A DNA stretch of 63,960 bases, counting the filler, from Octopus bimaculoides (lineage: Eukaryota): the NCBI RefSeq assembly GCF_001194135.2. It is 6 parts of 5 records of this genome, joined end to end, with 100 filler letters (N's around TTAATTAATTAA, not from the genome) between each part and the next. Parts side by side here need not be neighbours in the genome. Positions count along the whole stretch, not along the records: positions 29,132 to 41,567 come from NC_069007.1; positions 41,668 to 50,129 come from NC_068989.1; positions 50,230 to 59,528 come from NC_068985.1; 3 more parts are not named here. One strand, given 5' to 3'. A program made the translations under genes and the position numbers. The notes below the pieces were generated by a model. The model ran no database searches, was not told where the DNA came from, and was given only the letters and a program-made list of their open reading frames with translations. This document shows positions 40,261 through 52,192 of this stretch, piece by piece. The number at the start of each line of letters is the position of its first letter. The first letter of the stretch is position 1.

Positions 40261-40817
40261 TTAACAAGTTCCAAGAAGTATTAAAGTGCTAAATCCAAGC
40301 AATGAACATTGTTCTATTTTTAAGTTGTTCTATTTAGCATATCATATTTTACCGAAACTAATCTTTTATTAATAAAACGGAGTTTCATTTCTTCTGAGAA
40401 TAATATTTTATTAATGCATGTGTGAAGAATATCAGATGGAAGCAACACATGGCAGATTTTACTGTTTTCCAGTCTTTCAGATGAAGATATAGGAAGATAT
40501 TCTAATCACTACTGAAGAAATATGCATGGAATATTTTCAAAATATATCCTTGATAATATATACATGTGAATAAGAATAACTGATGAAGGATACGGATGAT
40601 AGATTTAGCACTTTAGATGGATTTATTCAGTACAACGATCATTTTGACCCATCCTGCAATTGTTTGTTAGGGGCAGGATGCTGTGCATCTAATTATGTTG
40701 CATCAATCTGTGCAGTTTGTGTCACATCAGGTCCATGCATAAAGAAGGGGACATCCAGCTAGATATACTGAGATGTCCTAGTCATGTTGTTCTTGACCGC
40801 TGTATTTTGGTTAATAT

Positions 40818-41215
40818 ATATCAGGTCATTAAGAACGAAATGTCCAGTTTTGAACTGAAAGTTTATTTTGCTTTATCTCAACAAAAAAACAATGCAGTTA
40901 ATCAAAGTATGCACCTAAATTATCAACACAATTTTGCCATTTTATTGGTAGCTTATATATGCCTGCAGTGAAGAATTCTGGAGAGCGAGAGGTGATGAAA
41001 TCACGAAAGGCTGTTATTGCATCTTCAGATTTGAAGTTGTCTAATGCCTGAAAAACCTGATAGTCAGTTGGTGCAAGGTTTGGTGAAGATGGTGGATGAC
41101 AGAGTACTTCCAAGTTCACTTCCTCTAACTTGAGTAGCGTTCTTTGTGTAACATGTGGTCAAGCGTTGTCTTGCAAGAGAATTGGCCTGTCACTATTGAC
41201 CAATCTCGGTTGTTT
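40818..41215 (-). mobile_element. mariner (Hsmar1/cecropia-like) 3' fragment
   Basis: EVLCHPPSSPNLAPTDYQVFQALDNF...GIYKLPIKWQNCVDNLGAYFD*. Confidence 0.85.
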
Positions 41216-41229
41216 TAATCGCAACCGTA

Positions 41230-41370
41230 AAGGGTTTTAGTCAAAGAAATCGACACCAGAACTTATTCTTTGTAAGCTTAGTACTTATTCTATCAGTGTT
41301 TTTGCTGAACTGCTAAGTTATGGGGACATAAACACACCAGTGTTGGTTGTCAAGTGATGGTGGGGGTACA

Positions 41371-41415
<45 letters not shown>

Positions 41416-41567
41416 ACATACACACACACACATGCACGCACGCACGCACACACACACACACACACACATAAATATCATCATCATTATATATATATATATG
41501 TATATGGCAGGCTTCTTTCAGTTTCCATCTACCAAATCCACTCGCTAGGCTGGGACTATAGTAGAAG
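41230..41567 (-). mobile_element. SINE family A (truncated by the join)
   Basis: Family A tail + (CA)n + part of the head. CpGs decayed. Confidence 0.85.
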
Positions 41568-41667
41568 NNNNNNNNNNNNNNNNNNNNNNNNNNNNNNNNN
41601 NNNNNNNNNNNTTAATTAATTAANNNNNNNNNNNNNNNNNNNNNNNNNNNNNNNNNNNNNNNNNNNN
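41568..41667. other. Artificial contig-join spacer
   Basis: 44 N + TTAATTAATTAA + 44 N. Confidence 0.95.
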
Positions 41668-42514
41668 ATATATATATATATATATATTATATATTAAATC
41701 AATATTTGGCTAACATGAATTTTTTTTTAATCATCTTAATGTTGTGAAAATTTTGTGATAAGGAAAATTTAGTATGCAGCAAAATAATGTTCAGCAAATT
41801 TCAGGAAAATTCCAAAAGTATTTTCCATAAATAGCCAGAGAAAGAAATGAAATAAAAGTTAGTGAAAATTAGAAAGAAGAACCAGAAACAGTTATATAAT
41901 GACCTAGTTGAGAAAAAAAGAAAAAGGCTTTGACAATGAATTAGAGATGTTATAATTCGGGGTTAACTGAAGTCTTAGATCTTAAATATGGTAACTGAGT
42001 TCTAATTTGAATTTACAAAGGTCTTAGAGTGCTGGTGAATTGTTGATATGAAGAACAATTACCAGCTCCTATTATGAATGTTCTAAGGAAATCTTCCATA
42101 TATTTTGATTAAAGTGGATGTCTAATATAGGTGTCTCTAAAAGCATAGGACAACAAAGCACAGTGCATTCACCCAATGGCTGAAACCTAAACTTTGGATG
42201 GAGTAGAAACAACCCCTGAAAGACATCCTTTTATAAACAACACCAGATATTATGAGGTACAATAATCAACTAGGTGACAGAACCAGCAGAGATTGACAAA
42301 TTTTAATGCAAAGAGGAACATTTCACTGGAAATTAAATATATCATGATTATGATAATTAGGAATGTAATGTTCCTTCTTTTGATAACATATCTCATTATT
42401 TAATAAAGTTGTTGTGTTTATGTATGTAAGTAATATTCAGTTGCGAATTATAGGAACCAGCAATATTTCTTCTTAAAAGAAGCAAACAATTAAACATATA
42501 TATATATTTTCTTT

Positions 42515-42890
42515 TATTCTTTTATTTTTTTACTTGTTTCAGTCATCGACAGCAGCTGTGCTGGAGCAATGCTGAACAAATCGACCCCAAGATTTATTCT
42601 TTGTAGGCCTAGTACTTATTCTATCAGTTTCTTTTGCTGAACTGTTAAGTTATGGAGACATAAACACATCAGCACCAGTTGTCAAGCAGTGATGGGGGGA
42701 CAAACACAAAGACACACACACACACATAACAGGCTTCTTTCAGTTTCTGTCTACCAAATCCACTCACAAGGCTTTGGTCAGCCTGAGGCTGTAGCAGAAG
42801 ACACTAGCTCAAGGTGCCATGCAGTGGGACTGAACCTGGAACCATGTGGTTGGGAAGCAAACTTCTTACTACACAACCATGCTTGTGCCT
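42515..42890 (-). mobile_element. SINE family A, full-length, CpG-depleted
   Basis: Both halves present, with many CpG>TpG/CpA changes. Confidence 0.88.
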
Positions 42891-43299
42891 ATATATATAT
42901 ACCTTGCAGCATCTACCCACCTACTCTCCCAGTTTCTTTGACACTACTTACTTCCACATGCCTCACACCTGAGAGTTCATTCAGATACCTCATTATCACT
43001 ACTTTTATCTCTTCTTAGCTCCGACACAATTACCCCCACCCTCTCTTCTAAAATGGGAGTAACCATATAGCTCCTCTACATGGTTCTGCTCTGGCTCCTT
43101 CTTGCATATTTTTTAACCCTGCATTTCTACATAAGGAAGAGCATCCAACTGTAAAAATCATGCCCAAGTAGACAATGGAACATGATCCATCCTTGGATTT
43201 GTCACATCCTATCAAACTGTCTAATCCATACCAGCATGAAACCTGGATTTTAAATGATGATGGTGATGATGATAATATATCCAGCTATGTAATGAAGGA

Positions 43300-43491
43300 A
43301 AGTGAGAGACAAAAAGAGTTTGCTATGAAGTTGATATACAATGATTAAATGATGAAAATTGTAGTTGCCAACAATGGGTTGACAGAGGCAAAAACAATAC
43401 AGAATGAAGATCACATGAGCAGAAGATCAATAACCAACCCAAAAGAGCAGAGTTAGTGATAAGAAAGAAAGATATATGCGTGTGTGTGTGT

Positions 43492-43533
<42 letters not shown>

Positions 43534-43790
43534 AGAATGAAAGAAAAACAGAAACAGAAAAAAAAAATCTTTGAATCTTACGATTGCCAGCCTGTTCTGT
43601 ACATAAAATCAGAAAAATACAATGAAAGACACATGTAACAAGAGTATAACAAATAACATAGGGTTAAATATAACACAGATTACGAAGGAATTTACAATGA
43701 ACATGAGTACAAAATATTAGGGGTAATAACATTTTATTGTTAAATGTTAAGAAAGAAACTTACTGGTGTTTGTCCTTATATCTTATATTG
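43300..43790. repeat. Direct repeat copy 1 (~400 bp; copy 2 at ~46170-46600)
   Basis: Shared AGATCAATA.CCAACCCAAAAGA...AAAAATCTTTGAATCTTACGATT...TTCTGTACATAAAATC..AAAAATACAATGAAAGACACATGTAA...ACTTACTG. Confidence 0.85.
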
Positions 43791-44652
43791 TTTTTATGTC
43801 AGAATAGAGTTGTTGATATGAGTTTACAGATCTTGTAACTGTTAAGCCCCCATGTCAGCTTTGATTAAGCAAACCAATAATCAAAGACCATCACCCCTTT
43901 TTCTTAAGCATAATGAACCCAGTTAACTACATTATCCAGTGTCTCTCTTTTCTAAGACAGCAGAGGGTTATCTGAGGGAGATTTAGCTGTTATGACTAGC
44001 ATTTCAAACAGCCATGTAGTAGGTCTCTTGTTTGGTTCACTGATTCTATAGTTCTGTTTACTTACTGCTGGGATTTTTTATGTTCTTCTAAGTTGACAAC
44101 ATTTGGACACTTTGGAGGAAATAGTTTTGCAGCTCTATCATAATCAGTGAATTACTGATATCACACACACACTCCCTCTCTTTAATTATCTTTTTCTTTC
44201 TTTCTTTCTGAAGCAATGTGTAAAAAGTTTGATGAGCTTCTTTCACCGGTTTTCTTCTTTGTTATTTCTAAATTAGATGGGATTATTTGACAAAGATATA
44301 ACCCTGTCTTGGGTTTCTAAGACAAAAATTTGTACTTCAGTTTCCTTTTCATTTGATTTGACAATATAAAAGAATAATTTTTCTAGGGTAGAATAACATG
44401 GATATCAAAACAGTTTCTTTAATCTTTAAGCCATTCCAGATGAAAGAGCAAAAACCCATTCTACTTTCATCCCCAGAAAAGTTGAAAGTTATAGTTAAGT
44501 TGTCCTCATTTTAGAGAAAGTGAACTTGCTTAAGCTCTAATTTCTTAAACATATTTCTTAAATTTTGAGTCTGAATGTCATCTGTATACTCTTTTATAAG
44601 AATCAATTTCTATAGCATGTGATTATGTAGCCAAGCATGTAAATGCATTTGT

Positions 44653-45520
44653 ATGAGGTGGTATAAAAAGTTTCCGGTCTAGTTCTGTAGTGCACCAATA
44701 GATGGCAGTACACGGTTGCATGTGCAGTGAGAGCTAGCAGCGAACTTCATGAGGCAGTGTGCCAAGTGACATTGTTGTGTTTACTTTGCAAGTTGTGAAA
44801 TTTATGTTTTCTGATCATGTGCATGTTGCAGTCTGCAATTTTTGTTATGGACAGACAGTTGGAACAAAGATCTAACATGAAATTTTACATTAAAGTTAGG
44901 AAGTTTGCTACAGAGACATGGAGCATGTTTCAGCAAGCTTACAGTGATGAGGCAATGAGTTGTATACAATGTTTCAAGTGGCATGAGCACACGACAGAGT
45001 TGCAGCTCAGTCAAGAGCATGCTCATAATCTTTTTCACATCTGCAGTATCATGCATCGAGAATTCATCCCCCAGGGCCAGACTGTCAATCAAGAGTTTTA
45101 CTGTGATGTTTTAAAGCATTTGAGGAATGACATTCCATGAAAGCAACCAGATCTGAAGAGTACAAAGAATTGGATTTTTCACAACAATGCACTCTGTCAC
45201 TGAATTCTCATCATCTGTGAGCTTGTTGCCCAAAACAACATGGTATCACTTTCGCACCTGCCCTATTCACCAGATTTAGCATCTGTAGGCTTTCATCTCT
45301 TTCACAAGATGAAAATGCAGCTCAAAGGTCACCATTTTAACACTGTTGTTGAGACTAAGAGTGAATCACTGAAGGTCTCGACTTGCTTACGGAAAATGAC
45401 TTCCAGACTGGATTCCAAAAGTGGCAGGAATACTGCGACTGGTGTATTGCTGCCAAGGTGACTATTTCAAAGGAGATGATGTTAAAACTTAGGTAAATAA
45501 GTTATTTTTCATTAAGCATA
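44653..45520 (+). mobile_element. Internally deleted mariner (DD34D-type)
   Basis: TIR-like TATGAGGTGGTATAAAAAGTTTCCGG. LEQRSNMKFYIKVRKFATETWSMFQQAYSDEAMS; HREFIPQGQTVNQEFYCDVL; HLPYSPDLASVGFHLF. Confidence 0.88.
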
Positions 45521-46169
45521 ACTAGTTTGTATGTATGTATATTTACTTGTGTGCTTTACACACTTATTCATGTGTGTATGTGTGTTTTACATATGTATGT
45601 GTGTACTTGTATATTTATACGATATACACTTCAAACTTGTAACTTATTTTATATTTACTTCAAAGAACTTTACCTTTGTTGTCATTATGTATACACTTTT
45701 GTCACAATTATCTCTCTTTCAACTAACATCTTAAATTTAAACTCCACACTATTTGATGCAGTTGTTTTCCAATCATCTTACAATTGAATTTATATATTTC
45801 TTTTATATATTACCTCCTCTCCTTATTTTTCTATCAGTTTTTCTTACAAAATATTATTATTGTTTATTTCCTGCCTTGGCTAGCCATTCTATCATTAATA
45901 TTTGTTTATGCTAGGAGGGATTTCACATTCAGGTTTTGTATTTGAATGTGTGTTTTTGTTGTAATTCTAGAACATATAATGGGTGCATAAATCCTCTTCA
46001 CATTTCTCTGAAGAATAGTTTTAATAGCTAAAACAATCTGTATTTTATAAAGAAAAATGGAATAGCTCTGTATACTTTGTATTTAGCATTGTATTCTTTT
46101 GTATAGTTGATTTTCTCATGGAACAAGTTCAGGTTTTATATATAATGTAGTCAGAAAAAGAGAATGATA

Positions 46170-46600
46170 GAAAGAGATTATTATGAAGAAGTTAACTATA
46201 CACATGATTAAATTCTCAAAGAAGATGCAGTTAACAACAAAGAATAATGAAAAGAAAACAAAAAAGAAGAGATGAAAACAATATAGAATTCAAATCACAC
46301 GAGCAAAAGATCAATATCCAACCCAAAAGATCAGAGTTATAGTGAAGAGAAGAATTGAAGTAAAACAGAAAAAAAATCTTTGAATCTTACGATTATTGTA
46401 CATCAGTTCTGTACATAAAATCGAAAAAATACAATGAAAGACACATGTAATGGGGTATAATGAAAAACATGGGGTTCAATATGGGCACGTATTACAAAGG
46501 AATTTACAACAAACAGGAGTACAAAATATCAGGGATATTTATATATTGTCAAAAATGGTAAGAAAGTGACTTACTGACATTTGTCTTCATGTTTTTATGT
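46170..46600. repeat. Direct repeat copy 2
   Basis: See 43300-43790. Confidence 0.85.
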
Positions 46601-46814
46601 TGGTTTTTTTGAGGGTGTTTTTTAAAGTTTACTTTAAATTGTTCAATCATTAGAATGCTGCTGATTTTGTTGTTGTTGTTGTTTAACCCCAAGCTATTCC
46701 TGATCAAGCAGACCTTTGACCACAAGCCCTCAACCTTTTTTCTTAAGTACTGTGAATAATAACCATTATATTCCTTCCTAAGAAAGTAAAGTCTATCTTT
46801 TTCGATGTTATTAT

Positions 46815-46903
46815 TATTATTGTTGTTGTTGTTGTTCAGGTCACTGCTTGGAATCAAACTCGGAATCTTGGGGTTAGTAGCCTGCGCTCTTAACCACTAC
46901 GCC
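46815..46903 (-). mobile_element. Short tRNA-derived SINE or tRNA pseudogene with (AAC/AAT)n tail
   Basis: TGGCGTAGTGGTTAAGAGCGC...CCGAGTTTGATTCC has A- and B-box-like motifs. No clean acceptor stem. Confidence 0.65.
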
Positions 46904-48427
46904 AAGTCTATCTTTTTGTCACCTAGTTTAACACTACCAACTAACCCTTGGTGTCTTTAGTAGTGTCTACTCCATTGTTAGCATTCTGGTCAGGCATCAA
47001 GCTTGGGAGTTACTTCCTCTCACCAGCTATGGAAGTTTCTAGAAAGGCTCATAGACATTATCTTTCTTCCTCTGTTGAAGTATTAAAAATTATTTTAATA
47101 AATGATCTGTGTCAATAGCTTTCACACATACCCTTTTATTTGAGAAGTTGTGACTCACACACCTTCCCTATGGTACATTAGCAACATGAAAGAGAAATTA
47201 AATCATACAAGAGAGGATTTGGCAAGTGGAGAAGAGATAGTATAACCACACTCATTGTGTCCAGCTTCACTCTATGCTCTGCATTAATTACTACACCCAA
47301 TCTTCTTCCATACAATGTCAACATTCTGGAACTCTTTCCCTACTCTTCTCTTTTCTGTAGACATTGATATAGGAAGGTTCAAGAGGAACTTAATGACATC
47401 AATCTTGCTGGTCTAGAAGGGTTAGGGAAGACCCTAGACAGACACTGCTCCTTCCTCCAGACCCAGCAAATAAAAGAAAAGAAAATTTTCTCTAATGTTC
47501 CACTGGTATTTTATCAACTCTATCCCAGAAGAGCAGTGAAATCCAGCTGGAATTTAAATTCAGATAAGTTAAGTAGCAATCAGGAGAATGTGGAGCATGT
47601 AATTCTGTGTTCTTTCATCTGCAGCCTATATTCCACACTCTGACTACATGAAAACAAAATACACAGATGGCACTCCTAAATAGTTGCGACAGCCAAAATT
47701 CTTTTCTCAGTTACTAATCATTTCTTGTGCTTTCTTAAAAGCTAAAACTACATCATTTATCCCATCTTTGCTGTGGGTACCTCAAAATCTTTCAAACATA
47801 TACAAACATACACTGATTGCAAAACTACACAGAAAGCCAATTTATGGTGTCGTGTGCAGCAAAGTCCCAGACCAGCCTAATGCATAAAATATAATAAAAT
47901 AATATAGTATAGCATATTCAGGGTAAAATCTTATAATATGGTTCTCAGTGTTTGATGAGTTACCAGCATGTCATACATCTACCCTAGCAGAACTTGGCAT
48001 GGTTACTTGATAACAACAACAACAACAACTCGATTATTTTTTTTTTACCTTATACTGTTTATATTTAATAATTTTTAATGCTTCTAATAATATGCTTTTA
48101 TGGGAAGATTACACAAAAACTGAAAGGATCTTTACATGTGAACAACATTATATTGTATACAAGCAATTATAATAACAGGTAGTTGTTGCAAAACTATTAA
48201 AATTTGAGTACTTAATATATACTTTATATAAGTAAATATTATTTTTTATTCCTTCAAACATACTTCTTACCTGTAAATAAGCTGCAAAAAGATCAACAAA
48301 TAATGTTTTTCTGCATTTGAGTATTGTTAATTTAGGCATTATAAGGCTAAGTAAGAAACTGCGATACTTTTATTTTTCCAAAGCACAACAGAAAAGACAA
48401 CTTTTCTGTCAGAATATTGTGACTTAC

Positions 48428-48565
48428 CTATACACTGTGGATATTTATAGTAGTTCCTTTTACATTGGTCACATTTGAAACCTTGAAAATTACGACGGCA
48501 CAGACATCGACCAGTAACCTGGTTACATGTTTGACCTTCAGAGCCACTATCGGAACAATTACAAG
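48428..48565 (-). CDS. Laminin EGF-like (LE) exon, laminin alpha (LanA/alpha3-5-like), 138 nt, phase 1/1
   Basis: (P)CNCSDSGSEGQTCNQVTGRCLCRRNFQGFKCDQCKRNYYKYPQCI. Acceptor TTATTTTACAG, donor G|GTAAGT. Confidence 0.92.
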   Translation of the reverse strand, partial: LVIVPIVALKVKHVTRLLVDVCAVVIFKVSNVTNVKGTTINIHSV

Positions 48566-48846
48566 CTGTAAAATAATGAAGATAACAATACATATAAGTC
48601 TGAAGCACATGTGGATAGCACATGCGTACACACAGTCACACATCATCTTTCACACTTATGTACTCTTTGTGTAACATTTCTACATCTGAATTCCTGTAGC
48701 ATACACACACACACACACAAATTCTCAGTGAGACAACATTAAGTCAATCACACAGATACAGACATACATATACTCATTTGTATACATATATACAGATAGC
48801 TAAATAAATCGATAGAGAGTAAAACAGGAAAACAGGGAAGACAGAT

Positions 48847-48933
<87 letters not shown>

Positions 48934-49020
48934 GATAGAGAGATAGAGAGGGAGAGAGAGACAGACAGACAGACAACAGACAGATACACAAGTACATGGA
49001 TGGATAATTGCAATACATAC

Positions 49021-49155
49021 GGATACAGTCTGGGAAGCGGTAAAATCCCGGAGCACACTGACTGCATTGACGTCCAGCAAAGTTTCTCTTACACATACAT
49101 TGTCCATTGTTTCGACAGTTTGAATCTCTGGAGCCAACAGGTGAGCAGCCACACT
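49021..49155 (-). CDS. Laminin EGF-like (LE) exon, 135 nt, phase 1/1, spliced in frame to 48428-48565
   Basis: ECGCSPVGSRDSNCRNNGQCMCKRNFAGRQCSQCAPGFYRFPDCI. Acceptor TTTTATTCTGCAG, donor C|GTATGT. The junction gives ...PDCIPCNC. Confidence 0.92.
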
Positions 49156-49479
49156 CTGCAGAATAAAACATCGATAAGAAGAAATTGATAACAATGAGGG
49201 TGAGCCATACAAATATATGTATGCACGCTTGCATGTAATTTCTTGCAATGACAGAACTTTTGAATTACCAGTTGTAGTTTGTGATTAAGGGCAATCATTT
49301 TACCCATGAATGTCTCTTGTCAGCAGTTTTTGTACATTTAGGGTAGTCCATCATGAAGTTGTATTTCTCTATGGCAGTGAATCATGTCCTCTGACTAACA
49401 CACTAGAGAAGAAATTGAACATTTTCTAGTAAAGATGCTTACACCACATTCCATACAGAAAATGTGCCACCAACCTGGA

Positions 49480-49720
49480 AATAATAAAACAATCAGGACT
49501 CTCAGCTGGTATCCAGCAGAAGGATGAAGTGGCTTCAATATGTGACCAGAATGGATACCTCCTAATTTCTACACCTGTGTCACCAGTGGTCTCTGCAGAG
49601 TCCCAGAAGGAAAGGGCATAAAAAGAAGACAGATCTTGCAATTGATGACAAGATCTGGGATGAAGCTTGGGGCCTGGCACTTGACAGAGATGACAGGCAG
49701 GCTTTGACAGCCTAATGTTC
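49480..49720 (+). mobile_element. RTE-like LINE 3' fragment
   Basis: SSRRMKWLQYVTRMDTS...RRKGHKKKT resembles the RTE C-terminus. Confidence 0.5.
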
Positions 49721-49824
49721 TTTGAACAGGAAGATCTAACTTACATCATCAGATTATAATTTCAAGTTGTATGATGTTTTGCCTTGGTCTGTTGATTGTC
49801 TTTTTTGGAGGTACAAAATCTATT

Positions 49825-50100
49825 TTGATTGCGCATCGGGCTGTGTGTTGTACTCTTGAACAAGACACTTTATTTCATGTTGCTCCAGTTCACTCAGCTG
49901 TAGAAATGAGTTGCAACGTCACAGGTGCCAAGCTGTATCAGCCTTTGCCTTTCCTTTGGATAACACTGGTGGCGTGGAGAGGGGAGACTGGTATGCATGG
50001 GCGACTGCTGGTCTTCCATAAACAATCTTGCCCGGACTTGTGCCTCAGAGGGTAACTTCCTAGGTGCAATCCCATAGTAAGGCATGACCGAAGGGGGTCT
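49825..50100 (+). mobile_element. SINE family E body
   Basis: CTTGAACAAGACACTTTATTTCATGTTGCTCCAG is shared with the tRNA-like head at 61368-61490. Confidence 0.6.
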
Positions 50101-50129
50101 CAGCATGTCTATATATATATGTATATATA

Positions 50130-50229
50130 NNNNNNNNNNNNNNNNNNNNNNNNNNNNNNNNNNNNNNNNNNNNTTAATTAATTAANNNNNNNNNNNNNNN
50201 NNNNNNNNNNNNNNNNNNNNNNNNNNNNN
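50130..50229. other. Artificial contig-join spacer
   Basis: 44 N + TTAATTAATTAA + 44 N. Confidence 0.95.
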
Positions 50230-50267
<38 letters not shown>

Positions 50268-51265
50268 CATATAGTTTGTGCCTGCCAAATCCACTCAGAG
50301 GGCTTTGGTCAGCTCGAGGCTATAGTAGACACTTGTCCAAGGTGTCATGCAGTGAGACTGAACCCAGAACCATGTGGTTGGGAAGCAAACTTCTTACCAC
50401 AACCACGCCTGGCCTCTAGGATTTGAAACTAAAATGTAAATTATGCCAGACAATAGCTCTTCTGCTAATCCACCACCTTTATTCACACAATAATCACAAT
50501 TTCAAAGGATTCAAATTAAATAAAAACAATTAAATTTTGTTTCCATGTTTTTTTTATTTAATTTAAAACTTGTTTTTTTTACACAGTTTTTCTTCAGTTA
50601 TTGAAACTCAACTAAATAGTCTACTGGTTTCTATTTTTGAATAGGATATAATGGAGCTAAGAAAAACATGTCACAAAAAGTGATGAACCTAAATGAATAA
50701 TTAAAGAATTATGCATTTGGTTGGAACAAGTATTTTTTCTTTACTAATGCAACTTATATGTGGAATTGATTTCACCAATGAAAAATTGCTAAGCAAAGCA
50801 GAAAGTAACAAGAGGACAAGGTTATGCCATATACAGCAGGGTGCAAAAGTGGGTATGCAGTTATGAAAAAAGAAAACCCGTACTATATTCATTTATTTTC
50901 ATTGAAAAAAAATGAAAAGTTAGCCTGATTTTTGATATTTTCAGTGTCATTAATCATAATTATAATAATACTTTTATTGTTAACTTCTGATTTTTTTTTA
51001 TAAAAATAAATGAGTACTGTGTGTGTTTTTTTCTCTTTTTTTTAAACTGTATACCTACTTTTGAACATTGCAGTATACAACGACAAATAAATGCTCACAT
51101 CCTGTCATTCCTCAATACAGAGAGGAATTAAAGTAAAACAATTCTGCATTTGCTTTGAAATATGTTTACAATGAAGTTTATCCGAATACAGACAGGTTAT
51201 TGTTAATGAAAATTGTCTTCTTTGGAAACAAAAGTTAATGAGACATTTGTTACTCACAATATGCG

Positions 51266-51458
51266 TTTCAAATTTTGGCACAGGGCCAGCAATTTCAAGG
51301 GAAGTGGGGGTAAGTTGATTACATCAACCCCCAGTACTCAACTGGTACTTATTTCATCAACCCTGAAAGGATGAAAGGCAAAGTCAACCTCGGCAGAATT
51401 CAAAGAAATGTTGCTAAAAATTTTCTCCTGATGCAATCACAATTCTGCCAGCTCACCA
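51266..51458 (-). mobile_element. SINE family B, CpG-depleted
   Basis: GTTTCAAATTTTGGCACAGGGCCAGC...GGATGAAAGGCAAAGTCAACC...AATTCTGCCAGCTCACC. Confidence 0.85.
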
Positions 51459-52192
51459 TCTGACTTGCTACTCACAATATTAAGAGTTTTTATAAGCCAT
51501 CTTATAAACATCTCCTTGTAGCTATGTTTATGAAAACTGATCCATTCAGAAGTTACAGGTTTAACTTTACCAAAAGTAAAATTTGACAACAATGAAAAAA
51601 AAAAAAAGGAGAGCAAAATCTTGTTCACCATTTTGGTTTCATAATAGGGTTGGATTATAGAACTATAAAGGGATACAAATATATGTATGCATGTGTGTAA
51701 ACTATCAGTTTACCAGTTTTAAGTGAGGGCTGCCAAAGATAATCAGATCGACACTATTTCTGATAATTTTTGTGTTTTTCCTTTGTACAATGTAGTTTAA
51801 AAAAAGTTATCCACTTTTGCATGTTTGCATGAGTGGAACAGTTTATTGTCAGAGCAATTTCTTCTGTAGTTAGATGCACTTTTTACTACTAACCATTTCT
51901 CTTTGATGTAGGAGTGGTTGAACCTGTTTTGTATCCATTCAGACAGAGTTAATTACCTCACTTGGGAACACAAAACAATAACAGTAGTAACATCTGAACT
52001 ATATGAGTATGTGGTCATTAATCCACCATGTTAACCTCACAACCATTTTATCTCAAGTTAGCAAATTAATAGAAAATTATGACAAAAAAATGTTAGAAGT
52101 ATAGCACTTGAGAGATGTATATAAATAACTATGAAATGATATATTCAAATTTGAACTATATAATCAGTCAAGGAAATGCTTTGGGGCCACAG

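Noticed and set aside
44066-44087. Third microexon candidate (TAG|AAGAACATAAAAAATCCCAGCA|GTAAGT, minus strand)
   Set aside because: 22 nt (19 with the alternative AG) is not frame-preserving, and the polypyrimidine tract is weak.
46815-46903. Functional tRNA gene
   Set aside because: A/B boxes are present, but there is no proper acceptor or anticodon stem, and it has a simple-repeat tail: SINE-like.
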